A stretch of 64,000 bases of DNA from Thainema sp. (lineage in GTDB: Bacteria > Cyanobacteriota > Cyanobacteriia > Phormidesmidales > Phormidesmidaceae), in NCBI GenBank assembly GCA_052168235.1, contig JBQLZK010000001.1, positions 128,001-192,000 of the forward strand. The letters run 5' to 3'. Positions 32,218 through 41,559 of this stretch are shown piece by piece (positions within the stretch are counted from its first letter, which is position 1; each line of letters opens with the position of its first letter). The position numbers and the translations under genes are program-made. The notes under the pieces were generated by a model. It did not search any database. It was not told where the DNA came from and saw only the letters and a program-made list of their open reading frames with translations.

Positions 32218-32484
32218 CTACTCTACGACAATGCACCATTGATGCAGTTCGTACTCTACGCAGTGGTGCTTAATCAGCGGGTCTTGTTCTACGATCTGTT
32301 TGGCTTCATCTAACGATGCCGCCTTAAATAACAGCATACCGCCACCATATTCGGCCCAATACCCCGTTTTAGCCTCATGTCCCTGCTCAATGAGCTGACG
32401 AACATAGGCTTTGTGTTCTGGCACATACTGATCAAATTCTGATTTGTTGACAATGCCCCGCTCAATTTTGACAAACCACGGCAT
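32218..32484 (-). CDS. YciI family protein
   Basis: H..Y motif, GGMLLF and DP motif; typical neighbour of smpB in cyanobacteria. Confidence 0.8.
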   Translation of the reverse strand: MPWFVKIERGIVNKSEFDQYVPEHKAYVRQLIEQGHEAKTGYWAEYGGGMLLFKAASLDEAKQIVEQDPLIKHHCVEYELHQWCIVVE

Positions 32485-32536
32485 AGATTTAGTTCTTTCG
32501 TATTCTTGAAAACTTTAGCCCTCCTATTTTAGGCAA

Positions 32537-33109
32537 TTGCCCGTGACTGATCCGAACAGCCCCCGTCGATTTTTTATTGCCCTGCTGCCACCGCCACCGA
32601 TTCAGGACTATGCGACCCAAATTAAGCAGGAATTTTGCGATCGCTATTCCAGTAAAGCAGCGTTGCGATCGCCACCGCACATTACGCTGCAACCGCCGTT
32701 TGAGTGGACATTCGCAGAAATTGATCAGGTTAAGCATCAGCTTCAGGTATTTGCTAGCCGTCACTCATCACTGCTCATTCAGCTTTCAGGCTTTGGCGCA
32801 TTTCCACCCCGCGTCATCTACATCGACGTGGTGCGCAGTCCGGAACTTTTGGAACTCCAGCGCAACCTGATGGCGCATTTAGAAGAGACGCTGGACATTG
32901 TCCATCCGGTTTCAAAAAAGCGACCCTTTGCGCCGCACATGACCGTGGCATTTCGCGATCTCAAACCTGCCAGCTTTCGCATCGCCTGGCCTAAGTTTGA
33001 AAATCGAGAACTGGAATTTGAGTTTATGGCCTCTGCACTGACGCTCTTGCTGCACGATGGCCAACGCTGGACGGTCTATGAGGATTTTCAGCTTCAGGCC
33101 GTTCAGTAA
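32537..33109 (+). CDS. 2H phosphoesterase (2'-5' RNA ligase family)
   Basis: Two HxT motifs: PHITL and PHMTV. Confidence 0.85.
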   Translation: MPVTDPNSPRRFFIALLPPPPIQDYATQIKQEFCDRYSSKAALRSPPHITLQPPFEWTFAEIDQVKHQLQVFASRHSSLLIQLSGFGAFPPRVIYIDVVRSPELLELQRNLMAHLEETLDIVHPVSKKRPFAPHMTVAFRDLKPASFRIAWPKFENRELEFEFMASALTLLLHDGQRWTVYEDFQLQAVQ

Positions 33110-33266
33110 TTCAACCGACAGCCGTAGCCGCAAAACCTGCGGTAATAAAGCTGGGTTATCTATAAAAATCAACGTTTACTGATACTTTCCGTAGAGCGAA
33201 TGAGCTTTGTAGCCTAAGCAACAATCACAGGGTGCAAAAGACTATTTACTTATCTTTACATTTAGC

Positions 33267-34457
33267 TTGTATGTCTATTGGACAAGTATGAAAGTTATAA
33301 GGCGTTCACATAAGCTTCGGAAATTCCGGTCTGTTCGGCGGTCTTGGCAGCTTGCAGGTGGAGCACTACTGCTCGCTCTATTCGCCACAGTCGGATTGGT
33401 TCAGTTTTCACCCGTGTGGGCAACAAACCACACCTACGAGGTTAAATCTACTCCCGAAAATGTGATCTGGGGAGAATTATTCAAGCCTGACAGTGCGCCT
33501 ATTTTGACCGTTCAGTCAGGCGACCAAATCACCATGGAAACGGTTTCCCATGAAGGTATCCTGCCCGACCAAGGTGACACTGTTGAGTTCTTGACCAAGG
33601 GTGGTATTAAAGAAGACGATATCCTGCCGGATCAAATCACCATCAAATCCACTGTCACCAAGTCTGGCCCTGGCCCCCACGTCATCACAGGCCCTATCTA
33701 TGTTGAAGGCGCAGAACCGGGTGACGTGTTGGAGATCAAAACCGTCAACATTGACTACCGAGTGCCCTACGGCGTCATCTCGAATCGTCACGGCAAGGGT
33801 TCATTGCCAGGAGAATATCCTGAAAATGGCGATCCCATCTATACCAAGGTTATTCCAATTGAGATGACCAAGGATGTCGGTATTTTCAAACCCAGCAATG
33901 GTTTGTCTGATCTGGAAATCCCGCTGAAGCCGTTTATAGGACTGATGGGCGTTGTCCCTGCCGACACCGAGCAAACGGCTAACTCCGTGCCACCGGGTCT
34001 ATATGGCGGCAACTTGGACATTAAGCATCTGGGTGAAGGCAGCAGCTTGTACCTGCCAGTACAGGTACCGGGCGCACTCTTTTATGCAGGCGATCCGCAC
34101 TGTGCCCAAGGAAATGGTGAAGTTGCTCTAACCGCAATTGAGTGTTCGCTGACGCCAACCTTTGAACTGACGTTGCACAAGGACATGGAGCTACCTGCCC
34201 CAATGGGTGAGACGGAAGATGCCTGGATTGCGGTCGGTCTAGATGAAGACCTCGACGAAGCCATGAAGAAGTCCGTGCGTGAATACTTGCGCATCATGAA
34301 TGAGAACTATGGTCTGACTAAGCCGGATGCATTACTCTACGCCAGCGCGGGCATCGATTTTGAGGTGTCACAGGTGGTGGATATCGTCAAGGGGATTCAC
34401 AGCGTGATTCCTAAAGAGCGATTCAAGGTGCTGGAAGAAACCGTTCCTGGTTCGTAA
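33267..34457 (+). CDS. Acetamidase/formamidase family protein with an N-terminal signal peptide (start probably the ATG about 21 nt downstream)
   Basis: TGPIYVEGAEPGD, GGNLD and GDPHCAQGNGE motifs; basic plus hydrophobic leader ending VWA. Confidence 0.85.
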   Translation: MYVYWTSMKVIRRSHKLRKFRSVRRSWQLAGGALLLALFATVGLVQFSPVWATNHTYEVKSTPENVIWGELFKPDSAPILTVQSGDQITMETVSHEGILPDQGDTVEFLTKGGIKEDDILPDQITIKSTVTKSGPGPHVITGPIYVEGAEPGDVLEIKTVNIDYRVPYGVISNRHGKGSLPGEYPENGDPIYTKVIPIEMTKDVGIFKPSNGLSDLEIPLKPFIGLMGVVPADTEQTANSVPPGLYGGNLDIKHLGEGSSLYLPVQVPGALFYAGDPHCAQGNGEVALTAIECSLTPTFELTLHKDMELPAPMGETEDAWIAVGLDEDLDEAMKKSVREYLRIMNENYGLTKPDALLYASAGIDFEVSQVVDIVKGIHSVIPKERFKVLEETVPGS

Positions 34458-34484
34458 GTCAGCTTCTGAATCCATTGCTGTTAC

Positions 34485-34509
34485 GTAGGGGCGAGGCATT
34501 TGCCCCTAC
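34485..34509. repeat. GTAG-type REP-like palindrome
   Basis: gtaggggcgaggcatttgcccctac. Confidence 0.55.
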
Positions 34510-34535
34510 AGGATGTTTGGAATTGCTGATTTTAA

Positions 34536-34578
34536 GTATGAATTGTGATGTGAGGACACCCCACATCACAATTCATAC
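34536..34578. repeat. 17-bp-arm inverted repeat
   Basis: gtatgaattgtgatgtg-N9-cacatcacaattcatac. Confidence 0.65.
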
Positions 34579-34630
34579 CCAGATTAAGCAACGCCGGATT
34601 TTATTGATAACGGTTAACGATTAGGTTGGC

Positions 34631-35593
34631 TTGATGTTTGTCCATTCTGCAAATTGTGGCTGTACCCAGCACGCTTCGGTTGATCGGAATCAGAAGACTC
34701 GTCTACTGCTAACTGCGCTGGCGCTGATTGGTGGATTTTCAGTCATTGAGCTGGTGATGAGTGTATCAAGCGGTAGTTTAGCGCTGCTGGCCGAAGCTGG
34801 GCACATGCTGTCCGACTGCGCGGCCCTGGGTATTGCCCTGCTGGCAACCTGGCTGGGGCGACGAACCGCTTCTGCACCAGCTCCCTTTGGCCATCGCCGA
34901 GTTGAGATTCTGGCGGCACTGCTCAACGGCTTGGGACTAATAGCCGTTGCCCTCTGGGTGAGTTGGGAAGCAATTGAGCGGTTGCAGGCTCCCGCAGTTG
35001 AAGTTCTGGCACTACCAATGCTGGTGACTGCGGTTCTGGGACTGGTTATTAACCTGTTCAATATTGCGCTGCTACACGACCATAGCCACTCTGATCTCAA
35101 CCTCAAAGGAGCATTTTTGCACGTGGTGGCGGATGCTCTGGGATCGCTAGGGGTAATTGTAGCTGCGATCGCAGTTTATGTTTTGGGCTGGACATGGGCT
35201 GACAGTGCAGTTAGCCTCGTGGTGGCAGCTTTGATTGTCACAGGAGCCGTGCCTCTCGTGCGTCAGAGTCTTGATATTTTGCTAGAGAAACCCCCTGCCG
35301 ATCTGAACGTCCGCAAGATAGAAGCGCTATTGGCATCAGCACCGGGAGTCATCAGAGTCGAAAATTTGCATTTGTCGGTGATTGCACCGGATCACAATCG
35401 GCTCTCGGCTCATTTAGTGGTTGAACTGACAAATGCAGCAGCACGTGATCGGCTGTTGCAGGAGCTACAGGTCAGTTTGTTCCAGCGGTTTGGCTTACAA
35501 GATACGTGTCTGCAAATGCAGTCGCCTGCCCCCGCTACTCTTTCACTCTCACCGAATCTATTGCTATTGGCTGCAGGGAAAGGTTGCCGATAG
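34631..35593 (+). CDS. Cation diffusion facilitator (CzcD/ZitB-like)
   Basis: HMLSD, His-rich loop HDHSH, AFLHVVAD and six TM helices. Confidence 0.9.
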   Translation: MMFVHSANCGCTQHASVDRNQKTRLLLTALALIGGFSVIELVMSVSSGSLALLAEAGHMLSDCAALGIALLATWLGRRTASAPAPFGHRRVEILAALLNGLGLIAVALWVSWEAIERLQAPAVEVLALPMLVTAVLGLVINLFNIALLHDHSHSDLNLKGAFLHVVADALGSLGVIVAAIAVYVLGWTWADSAVSLVVAALIVTGAVPLVRQSLDILLEKPPADLNVRKIEALLASAPGVIRVENLHLSVIAPDHNRLSAHLVVELTNAAARDRLLQELQVSLFQRFGLQDTCLQMQSPAPATLSLSPNLLLLAAGKGCR

Positions 35594-35615
35594 ATGAAGT
35601 CTCAGGATCGGCTAT

Positions 35616-35819
35616 TATAGCCATCGCCATTTTGGTTGAGTGGTTGAGACATCTACAGAATCCAACGTTTGAATGTTTGAACGTTTTCGGGATTTTCCAA
35701 CGTTCTAACTAATACAGCCATCTTAAATTGATTATGAACAGGCCGCCCCGCTGGGGCGGCCTGTTCATAATCAATTTAGTTCATCAGCTATTTGAGAGCG
35801 CTGTATAACTATTGCTATA
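35616..35819. mobile_element. MITE (TATAGC...GCTATA) interrupted by a second element
   Basis: Homologous to the inverted copy at 60303-60406; its right TIR is split by the insert at 35715-35803. Confidence 0.75.
35715..35803. mobile_element. Nested MITE with TA target duplication and a 26-bp-arm palindrome
   Basis: TA-cagccatcttaaattg...ctatttgagagcgctg-TA; perfect palindrome 35724-35778. Confidence 0.7.
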
Positions 35820-36096
35820 AATTGGGTGCATTTTCCGGGGCGATAATAGTTAGCTATTCCTACAGCAATAGACTTAGTAAGTCTGCGTTAATTGCTCATA
35901 TTTTGCTCACATCTTTTTCTCATATCTAAAGAGGCTGTTTCACCACCGAAGCACAGCAGCAAAACAGCCTCTTCATGCTTTTATATTTTCGGCTTTTCTT
36001 GGAACACTATCGAAATATTAATTGAAATCACTAAAGCGAAACATTTATCGCATTTTGCCAAAAATACGGATCACTAACCCTGAATCTAACACTCGT

Positions 36097-36122
36097 GCAT
36101 CCAAATCGTCATCGGTGACGTA
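36097..36122 (+). promoter_or_regulatory. Candidate autoregulatory ECF promoter
   Basis: GCATCC-N16-CGTA about 100 nt upstream of the ECF sigma gene. Confidence 0.45.
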
Positions 36123-36225
36123 ATCCTAGTGCAGTCGATATTTTAGGACATCAACTTACCAGTATCGATGAAAAATCATCGATCGAAGTAAGATATGTCA
36201 TAGCGGTTCTGCATATTTAGGATCT

Positions 36226-36816
36226 ATGGATTCCGAACAATCTAGCCATGCTGAGCAGGCTGACCTGACAGATGTGCAACTATGGCAGGCAACTCAGCAG
36301 GGTCAGACAGAGGCATTAGGGGTGCTTTATGATCGCCATGCTGGTCTGGTCTATGGAATTGCGCTAAAGGTACTGGGAAATTCTCAAGAAGCAGAGGATT
36401 TAACGCAGGATATTTTTATCAAACTAATCGATGGTTCATCGTATGATCCTCAGCGCGGTTCATTAAGAACGTTTTTAGCCATTCTCACCCGATCGCGGGC
36501 GCTTGATCGGGTGAGGTCGCGCCAACGGGAAAGCCTACGGCGGAGAAAAAATCAGACTTTAGTGTTTCAAGACTCTATTCATTCATCATCTAGTTCAATT
36601 GATGAAATTTTTCAGCAAGAGCAGAAACAAGAAATACGCTCTGCCCTTTCGCAATTGTCAGAACAGCAGCAGCAGCTTTTAAGAATGAGTTATTACGATG
36701 GATTGACCCAGTCAGCTATTGCTGAGCGTTTAAATTTGCCGCTCGGAACCGTTAAGTCAAAGGTGCGCCGAGGACTACTCAAACTGCGCCAAGTTTTACA
36801 AGATCGGTTGGATTAA
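36226..36816 (+). CDS. ECF sigma-70 factor (SigK-like)
   Basis: LYDRH, AEDLTQDIF and region 4 IAERLNLPLGTVKSK. Confidence 0.92.
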   Translation: MDSEQSSHAEQADLTDVQLWQATQQGQTEALGVLYDRHAGLVYGIALKVLGNSQEAEDLTQDIFIKLIDGSSYDPQRGSLRTFLAILTRSRALDRVRSRQRESLRRRKNQTLVFQDSIHSSSSSIDEIFQQEQKQEIRSALSQLSEQQQQLLRMSYYDGLTQSAIAERLNLPLGTVKSKVRRGLLKLRQVLQDRLD

Positions 36817-36840
36817 TCATTTCATTGTGTCTATGACAGT

Positions 36841-37683
36841 ATGACCATGTCGATGTCTCCGGAAGAGTTACAGCAGTTAATCGCAGGCTACGTTCTTTAT
36901 ACGCTCAGCCCAGAAGAGGTGGCTACCTTAGAACAGTTGATGAGAACGAATCCAACGATTCTCAAAGAAGTTGAGCTGATGCAAAAAGCACTGGAACTCA
37001 CGTTTATGCCGTCTGAGGCGCAGCCACCGGAACAGTTGCGATCGCAGATTTTAAATCTCGCGCGTCAAACCGCTCTGCCGCAGTCCCAGCAGCCATCAGC
37101 CGCATCACCCGTTCCTGACGCAACAGTTTCCAACCCAACAATTCCCGGCCCAAGCCCTATTCCCGTATTTGAATCACCATCTCCATCTCGTCAGACTCAA
37201 CGGCGGAGCTGGGTCATCGGTCTGGGTGCGATCGCAGCTTCGCTCATTGTGGGGTTAAGCATCAGTAATTACGCGCTGTGGCGCTCGTTACAACTTGCCC
37301 GTTCTCAACTACAACCTTCTGAGGCCGTGGTCGTTGCGCTCGAACCAACGGCAGAGGATAGTCCAGTAGCGGCCACAGTTGCGCTTGATCCCGCTAATCT
37401 GCAGGCCACCTTAAACATTGAAAACCTGCCTCCACTACCAGCAGGCCAGGTCTATGTGCTGTGGACGGTTCTAGAAGCGGATGCACCATTTACCACGGAT
37501 GCCAAGAATGCGATTCTGACCGAAACCTTTACCGTTAGCGATCAGGAAACGCAATCACAGCAAATTGCTCTCCCGCCCGTCTATCGCGATCGCCAGTGGA
37601 TAAAAGCGATCGCAATTACCGTCGAAGCGGCAGAAGCTCCCCAACGGCACGAAGCTAGTCCAATTCTGATTCAGATGCTGTAG
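36841..37683 (+). CDS. Anti-sigma factor (RskA-like)
   Basis: AGYVL N-terminal domain, single TM helix, LPPLPAGQVYVLW and AITVE; directly after the sigma gene. Confidence 0.85.
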   Translation: MTMSMSPEELQQLIAGYVLYTLSPEEVATLEQLMRTNPTILKEVELMQKALELTFMPSEAQPPEQLRSQILNLARQTALPQSQQPSAASPVPDATVSNPTIPGPSPIPVFESPSPSRQTQRRSWVIGLGAIAASLIVGLSISNYALWRSLQLARSQLQPSEAVVVALEPTAEDSPVAATVALDPANLQATLNIENLPPLPAGQVYVLWTVLEADAPFTTDAKNAILTETFTVSDQETQSQQIALPPVYRDRQWIKAIAITVEAAEAPQRHEASPILIQML

Positions 37684-38095
37684 CGTCATCGCGCATCTGT
37701 TTCAGCCACTGCAGCAGCTCATTCGGCAGCGGACGCTTGGCTCGACTGCGAGGATCGATGCAAACATGACGAGTTTTTGCGATCGCGGCAGGCTTATCGG
37801 TTACAGAAAAGACTTGATAGCTAATTTCAAACACTGCCTCACTGAGTTTGACGGGCAAAAGCTGCACCGTTAACCGATCGCCACAGAATAGCGGTTGATG
37901 AAAATCGGCACTGGCATGAACAATAGGGACAGCCACAATTCCCTGACTGCTAAAAAACTCTCGCAGCACAATACCTGAATCGGCCAAAGATGCCTCGTAA
38001 GCCTCATGACACAGGCTTAAAAGGTTCGCGAAGTAAACCACGCCCGCCGCATCCGTATCCTGAAAGCGAACGGTACGTTGATATGAAAAAGCCAT
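37655..38095 (-). CDS. Hotdog-fold thioesterase, probable 1,4-dihydroxy-2-naphthoyl-CoA hydrolase
   Basis: RTVRFQDTDAAGVVYFAN and CHEAYE motifs. Confidence 0.8.
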   Translation of the reverse strand: MAFSYQRTVRFQDTDAAGVVYFANLLSLCHEAYEASLADSGIVLREFFSSQGIVAVPIVHASADFHQPLFCGDRLTVQLLPVKLSEAVFEISYQVFSVTDKPAAIAKTRHVCIDPRSRAKRPLPNELLQWLKQMRDDATASESELD

Positions 38096-38197
38096 AGTGC
38101 GATCGCACCCAGTCTAACGAAACGGCATATAAAATCGCGGCAACTGTAGGAGCGAAAGGGTTTCGCCCTAAGATGCTGAAAGATGCGGATCTAAGCA

Positions 38198-39169
38198 TCA
38201 GCTATGAACCGAACCATCTGGCATGATCACGCCCGTCAAAATTGCTCCCGTCAGTTTCACCATAATTTTGTCGGAGAAGCCAACCCGTGCCCCAGTCATA
38301 TCCGCACCGGATAAATCCGCACCGGATAAATCCGCACCGATTAAATCCGCTTCCCGCAAGTTTGCACCCCGTAAATTCGCCTGGAGCAAATTTGCGCGGA
38401 ACAAGCGAGCTTTTGAAAGGTTCGCGCCACTAAGGTCAATCTTATGCAAAAACGCATCGCTCAAATCCGCACCGCTCAAATTGCAGCCACTAAGATTTTG
38501 ACCCGATAAATCCCGCTCATGTAGATCAGCTCCCTCCAAGTTTTGATGGCTGAGTTCTGACGGCTTCGCGGATGATGGCTCTGGCGGACGATAAGATTGG
38601 GTATTGCGCCAATAGTGAGGCGGCGGCGTATAGCCTGAGGAAGGCCGAGGAGGATACTGCTGAGCGTAGTTGGAATCATATTCCCAGCCTGTATCGTACG
38701 GAGCCTGTGGTTGCGGTTGCGACTTATAAGAACGAGGATAGCCTTGGTCGTAGGCCGATCGGGCGGAGGTGGACTGAGACGTAGACTGATGAGTATCCTC
38801 CCGCCGATGGGCATTGCCGTTGGCATAGCGGTTAGAGTAGCCGTTTTGATAGCTACGGCTGGAGTCGCGATTTCCATCACTGCGGGAATTGGTACTCGCT
38901 GAGCGCGCTGAGCCATTGGCCGTATTGGTGGCATTATTAGACGCTCGACTAGAGCGCCGTTCGTCCCGCCGATAACGCCGCAGCTCGTCCCGTGCGTGGT
39001 TAATCGCCTTAATCTTTTCCTGGGCCTTTTGGTGCAATCGCGTATTATCCTTTGGGATGCGATCGGGATGCCAAATAAACACCAAGTCTTTGTAAGCCTG
39101 GTTGATGTCCTCTAGCGAGGCACCAGGCTCTAGCTCTAGAATGCGGTAGCAGTGTTCCAAATCTCTCAT
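38198..39169 (-). CDS. DnaJ-domain plus pentapeptide-repeat protein
   Basis: J-domain with HPD; C-terminal A(D/N)LxG pentapeptide repeats. Confidence 0.9.
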   Translation of the reverse strand: MRDLEHCYRILELEPGASLEDINQAYKDLVFIWHPDRIPKDNTRLHQKAQEKIKAINHARDELRRYRRDERRSSRASNNATNTANGSARSASTNSRSDGNRDSSRSYQNGYSNRYANGNAHRREDTHQSTSQSTSARSAYDQGYPRSYKSQPQPQAPYDTGWEYDSNYAQQYPPRPSSGYTPPPHYWRNTQSYRPPEPSSAKPSELSHQNLEGADLHERDLSGQNLSGCNLSGADLSDAFLHKIDLSGANLSKARLFRANLLQANLRGANLREADLIGADLSGADLSGADMTGARVGFSDKIMVKLTGAILTGVIMPDGSVHS

Positions 39170-39470
39170 ACTGAGATCAACATAACACCTAGCGCCCCAA
39201 GACGATCGCGCTCTTCACCAGTCTACTTAATCCCGAACAATAGGGACTGGTACTCAAGTAGTGATTTTTAGAGACTCTTGGAAAAAGACAATGGCACAGG
39301 CTGGCTCCCAGTATGGAGAAGAATCTAGCTAACGCGACAAAATTGCAACACTGTCTTTATATCTGTCTCTTTATATCTGTCAAGTAATACCGAATCTAAA
39401 GCCAGCCACACAGTCACCGTGCTAGCGCTGTAGAATTGCACAGGGGATTCAACGGGAGCAAACGAACGAC

Positions 39471-40118
39471 ATGCTGAGCTTCTATGATTTTTTTGCGGCC
39501 TGTTCCGGCAAGTGGACAACGGAGCGTACCTATCATTTTGTCCTCACCGACACGATTGAGCGCTCTCACACTACGTTTCATGTCCAACCGTTAGGCAACG
39601 AAGATAAGCAGCGAATTCTTTCAGTTGCAGATCCAGAATCGGCACCACTCAAGATTAATCTGGCCCAGGCGAACCAAGACGAGAAACTGTGGCCCGGATT
39701 CTCAATTTCCTTCGAGACTCGCTCTGAAACGGGTGAAGAAGTCTCAATGGATTTGAAGGCGCTGTTTGTGCCCGATGCGCTGGTGCTCTCGCCGGAAACA
39801 GCGGCTCAGTTTCCGCCCTCTCCCGTCGCCTCCCAGATTACCGATACAGAATCGGGCGATATCATTCGCGGCTTTTATCTGCGGGATCAGGGCTATTCCG
39901 AAGCAGGTGCGATCGCAGGTCGGTTTACCTATCAGTCGATTCGTCAAGCCCTGGAAATGACGACCTACTATCGGCGTTCGGTGGCAGTGGATCAAATGCG
40001 GATTATCAGTCCTAAGCTGCGGCTGCGGACGATTGTGAACTATCAGCGCCCGGAGACAGATGTGTCTCCCAGCGTGATTGATTTGATTGGATTTGGTGTT
40101 GAACAAAAGCATGGTTAA
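39471..40118 (+). CDS. CpcS/CpeS-family phycobiliprotein lyase (CpcV-like)
   Basis: FF..CSGKWTTERTYH, LRDQGYSE, RLRT and C-terminal GFGVEQK. Confidence 0.78.
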   Translation: MLSFYDFFAACSGKWTTERTYHFVLTDTIERSHTTFHVQPLGNEDKQRILSVADPESAPLKINLAQANQDEKLWPGFSISFETRSETGEEVSMDLKALFVPDALVLSPETAAQFPPSPVASQITDTESGDIIRGFYLRDQGYSEAGAIAGRFTYQSIRQALEMTTYYRRSVAVDQMRIISPKLRLRTIVNYQRPETDVSPSVIDLIGFGVEQKHG

Positions 40119-41298
40119 TCGGCGTTCGGTACTGATTGGCGGCAGCGCTCTGGCGGCAGCGCAGTTACTCAGCGCCTGTCGGCCCAGGCAAATTCCTAGA
40201 CTGCGAGTAGACTATCTGAAAGATTCTGTTCCCAGTTCGCTGCTAGAGATCTTTCAAGAATCACAGGCTGAACCGCTGGATTTGCGGTTGCAGACCAGCG
40301 ACCAAATCCGTGAACTGTATGAAATGCTAGTTGCGATCGCAGATCCGCAGAATGCGCCCAAACCTTGGCTCAGGCTGCCCTTCCGCAACTCTGGGCCGCC
40401 CCAATTAGATATCGTCACACTGGGCGACTACTGGCTGACAAAAGCCATTCGGGAAGAGCTGATTCAGCCGCTCAATGTCAGCCAGCTTTCGGGCTGGTCG
40501 CAGTTGCCGCCTCAGTTTCAGCAACTGGTTCAGCGGAATGAACAGGGATCTGTCGAGCCGAACGGTTCGATCTGGGGTGCGCCCTATCGCTGGGGCAGTA
40601 CCGTGATTATTTATCGGATTCAAGACTTTGACGATTTGGGTTGGACACCTCAAGACTGGTCAGACCTGTGGCGGCCAGAATTGAGAGGCAAAATCTCCCT
40701 GCTCGATAGCCCCCGCGAGGTGATTGGCTTGACGCTCAAGCGGCTCGGTTACTCATACAATGAACCGGATCTAGCTGCGATCGCAGAGTTGCCGAAAGCC
40801 TTGGCCGAACTCGATCAGCAGGTCAAAGTATATACGTCTACCTCCTACCTCGAACCGCTGCTGATTGGTGACATCTCACTGGCGGTTGGCTGGTCAACGG
40901 ATATCGTGCCTGTCCTGCGCAAATCACGAGATTTGGCCGCCGTTGTGCCTGTCTCAGGCACCGCTCTGTTTGCAGATTTATGGGTGCAGCCCGCATCTGC
41001 ATCATCGACCGATGACGCGGACTCATCTACTGACTTGCTGTCCCAGTGGTTTAACTTCTACTGGCAACCTGAGGTTGGCATCCAACTGGCACTGCAAGCG
41101 GCGGGTAGTTCGCCAGTTGTACCTGGCTTATCAGCAGATCAACTGCCGGAGACGCTACAGCAGGATGAACTGTCACTGCCCAATTCTGAGATCTTGAGTA
41201 AAAGCGAGTTTCTGCTGCCGTTGACCGATGATACGGCTAAGAAACAGTTTGATCTATGGGAAGAAATGCGCTGTCAGGAGAAGCAAACAACTTGCTGA
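40111..41298 (+). CDS. Polyamine-type ABC substrate-binding lipoprotein (PotD-like) with Tat signal
   Basis: NRRSVL...LSAC leader, PYRWG, DWSDLW and LAVGWS motifs. Confidence 0.8.
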   Translation: MVNRRSVLIGGSALAAAQLLSACRPRQIPRLRVDYLKDSVPSSLLEIFQESQAEPLDLRLQTSDQIRELYEMLVAIADPQNAPKPWLRLPFRNSGPPQLDIVTLGDYWLTKAIREELIQPLNVSQLSGWSQLPPQFQQLVQRNEQGSVEPNGSIWGAPYRWGSTVIIYRIQDFDDLGWTPQDWSDLWRPELRGKISLLDSPREVIGLTLKRLGYSYNEPDLAAIAELPKALAELDQQVKVYTSTSYLEPLLIGDISLAVGWSTDIVPVLRKSRDLAAVVPVSGTALFADLWVQPASASSTDDADSSTDLLSQWFNFYWQPEVGIQLALQAAGSSPVVPGLSADQLPETLQQDELSLPNSEILSKSEFLLPLTDDTAKKQFDLWEEMRCQEKQTTC

Positions 41299-41559
41299 CA
41301 ATTGATTTTGGGGTTGTACGCGATCGCATCATGAAACAACAGCACTGAGTTCAACCAGGATGAGATCTTACTTCTTGGAATCCGCCCGCCAGGGACGCAA
41401 CCACTTTCCCAGATACCTACTGTTTAAGTATTATCCTGTTCTTAGTTCGAATAGGAATATTTTATTACTGCTCTTTAAGACATTCTCGTATAGGGGTAAA
41501 TCATTCTTCTTAAACGAAGCAAGTTAGGGTGCAAACTCAACTTGAAAGACCCCACCGTT

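Noticed and set aside
38290..38530. 15-bp tandem repeats (tccgcaccggataaa)
   Set aside because: They encode pentapeptide repeats of the DnaJ-domain protein; there are no spacers, so this is not CRISPR.
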